Source of the DNA: Macrostomum hystrix
Lineage: Eukaryota; Animalia; Platyhelminthes
Reading direction: 5' to 3'
DNA length: 64,000 nucleotides
Assembly (NCBI GenBank): GCA_950097015.1
Contig: CATNEN010000024.1
Location: 5,952,001 to 6,016,000, forward strand
Shown here in pieces: positions 63,980 to 64,000 of the stretch. Below the pieces are notes generated by a model. That model had not been told where the DNA came from and searched no databases. It saw only the letters and a program-made list of their open reading frames with translations. Position 1 is the first letter of the stretch. Each line of letters begins with the position of its first letter. Position numbers and translations under genes: made by a program.

Positions 63980-64000
63980 CTGTAGGAGCCGGGCGGGAGT

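Overview
Eukaryotic (animal) genomic DNA: GC-rich exons, GT-AG introns, AT-rich intergenic tracts and about 27 distinct minisatellite arrays (15-43 bp units), many inside introns. The architecture resembles a free-living flatworm such as Macrostomum (inference only). All seven host genes lie on the minus strand: an unrecognised coiled-coil gene, a two-exon noggin, an MFSD13A/TMEM180-like transporter (3 exons), WAC, LENG8/THP3 (6 exon blocks with one unresolved frame switch), an atypical class-A GPCR, and the 3' part of an AMPK gamma subunit. Mobile DNA includes several tRNA-derived CORE-type SINE copies, a MITE-like inverted repeat, and the most striking object, a 1,326-bp foldback DNA transposon derivative (52928-54253). 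It has an 8-bp target-site duplication and ~430/470-bp inverted arms that both carry THAP exon 1, and it can still splice to a THAP-only protein. Other leads are a GAATC core shared by many unrelated minisatellites on one strand and an exact BMP/Smad-Schnurri element upstream of noggin. No CRISPR arrays, rRNA or convincing functional tRNA genes. Exon boundaries were derived by hand from splice signals and phase matching; array boundaries are approximate; no database searches were run.
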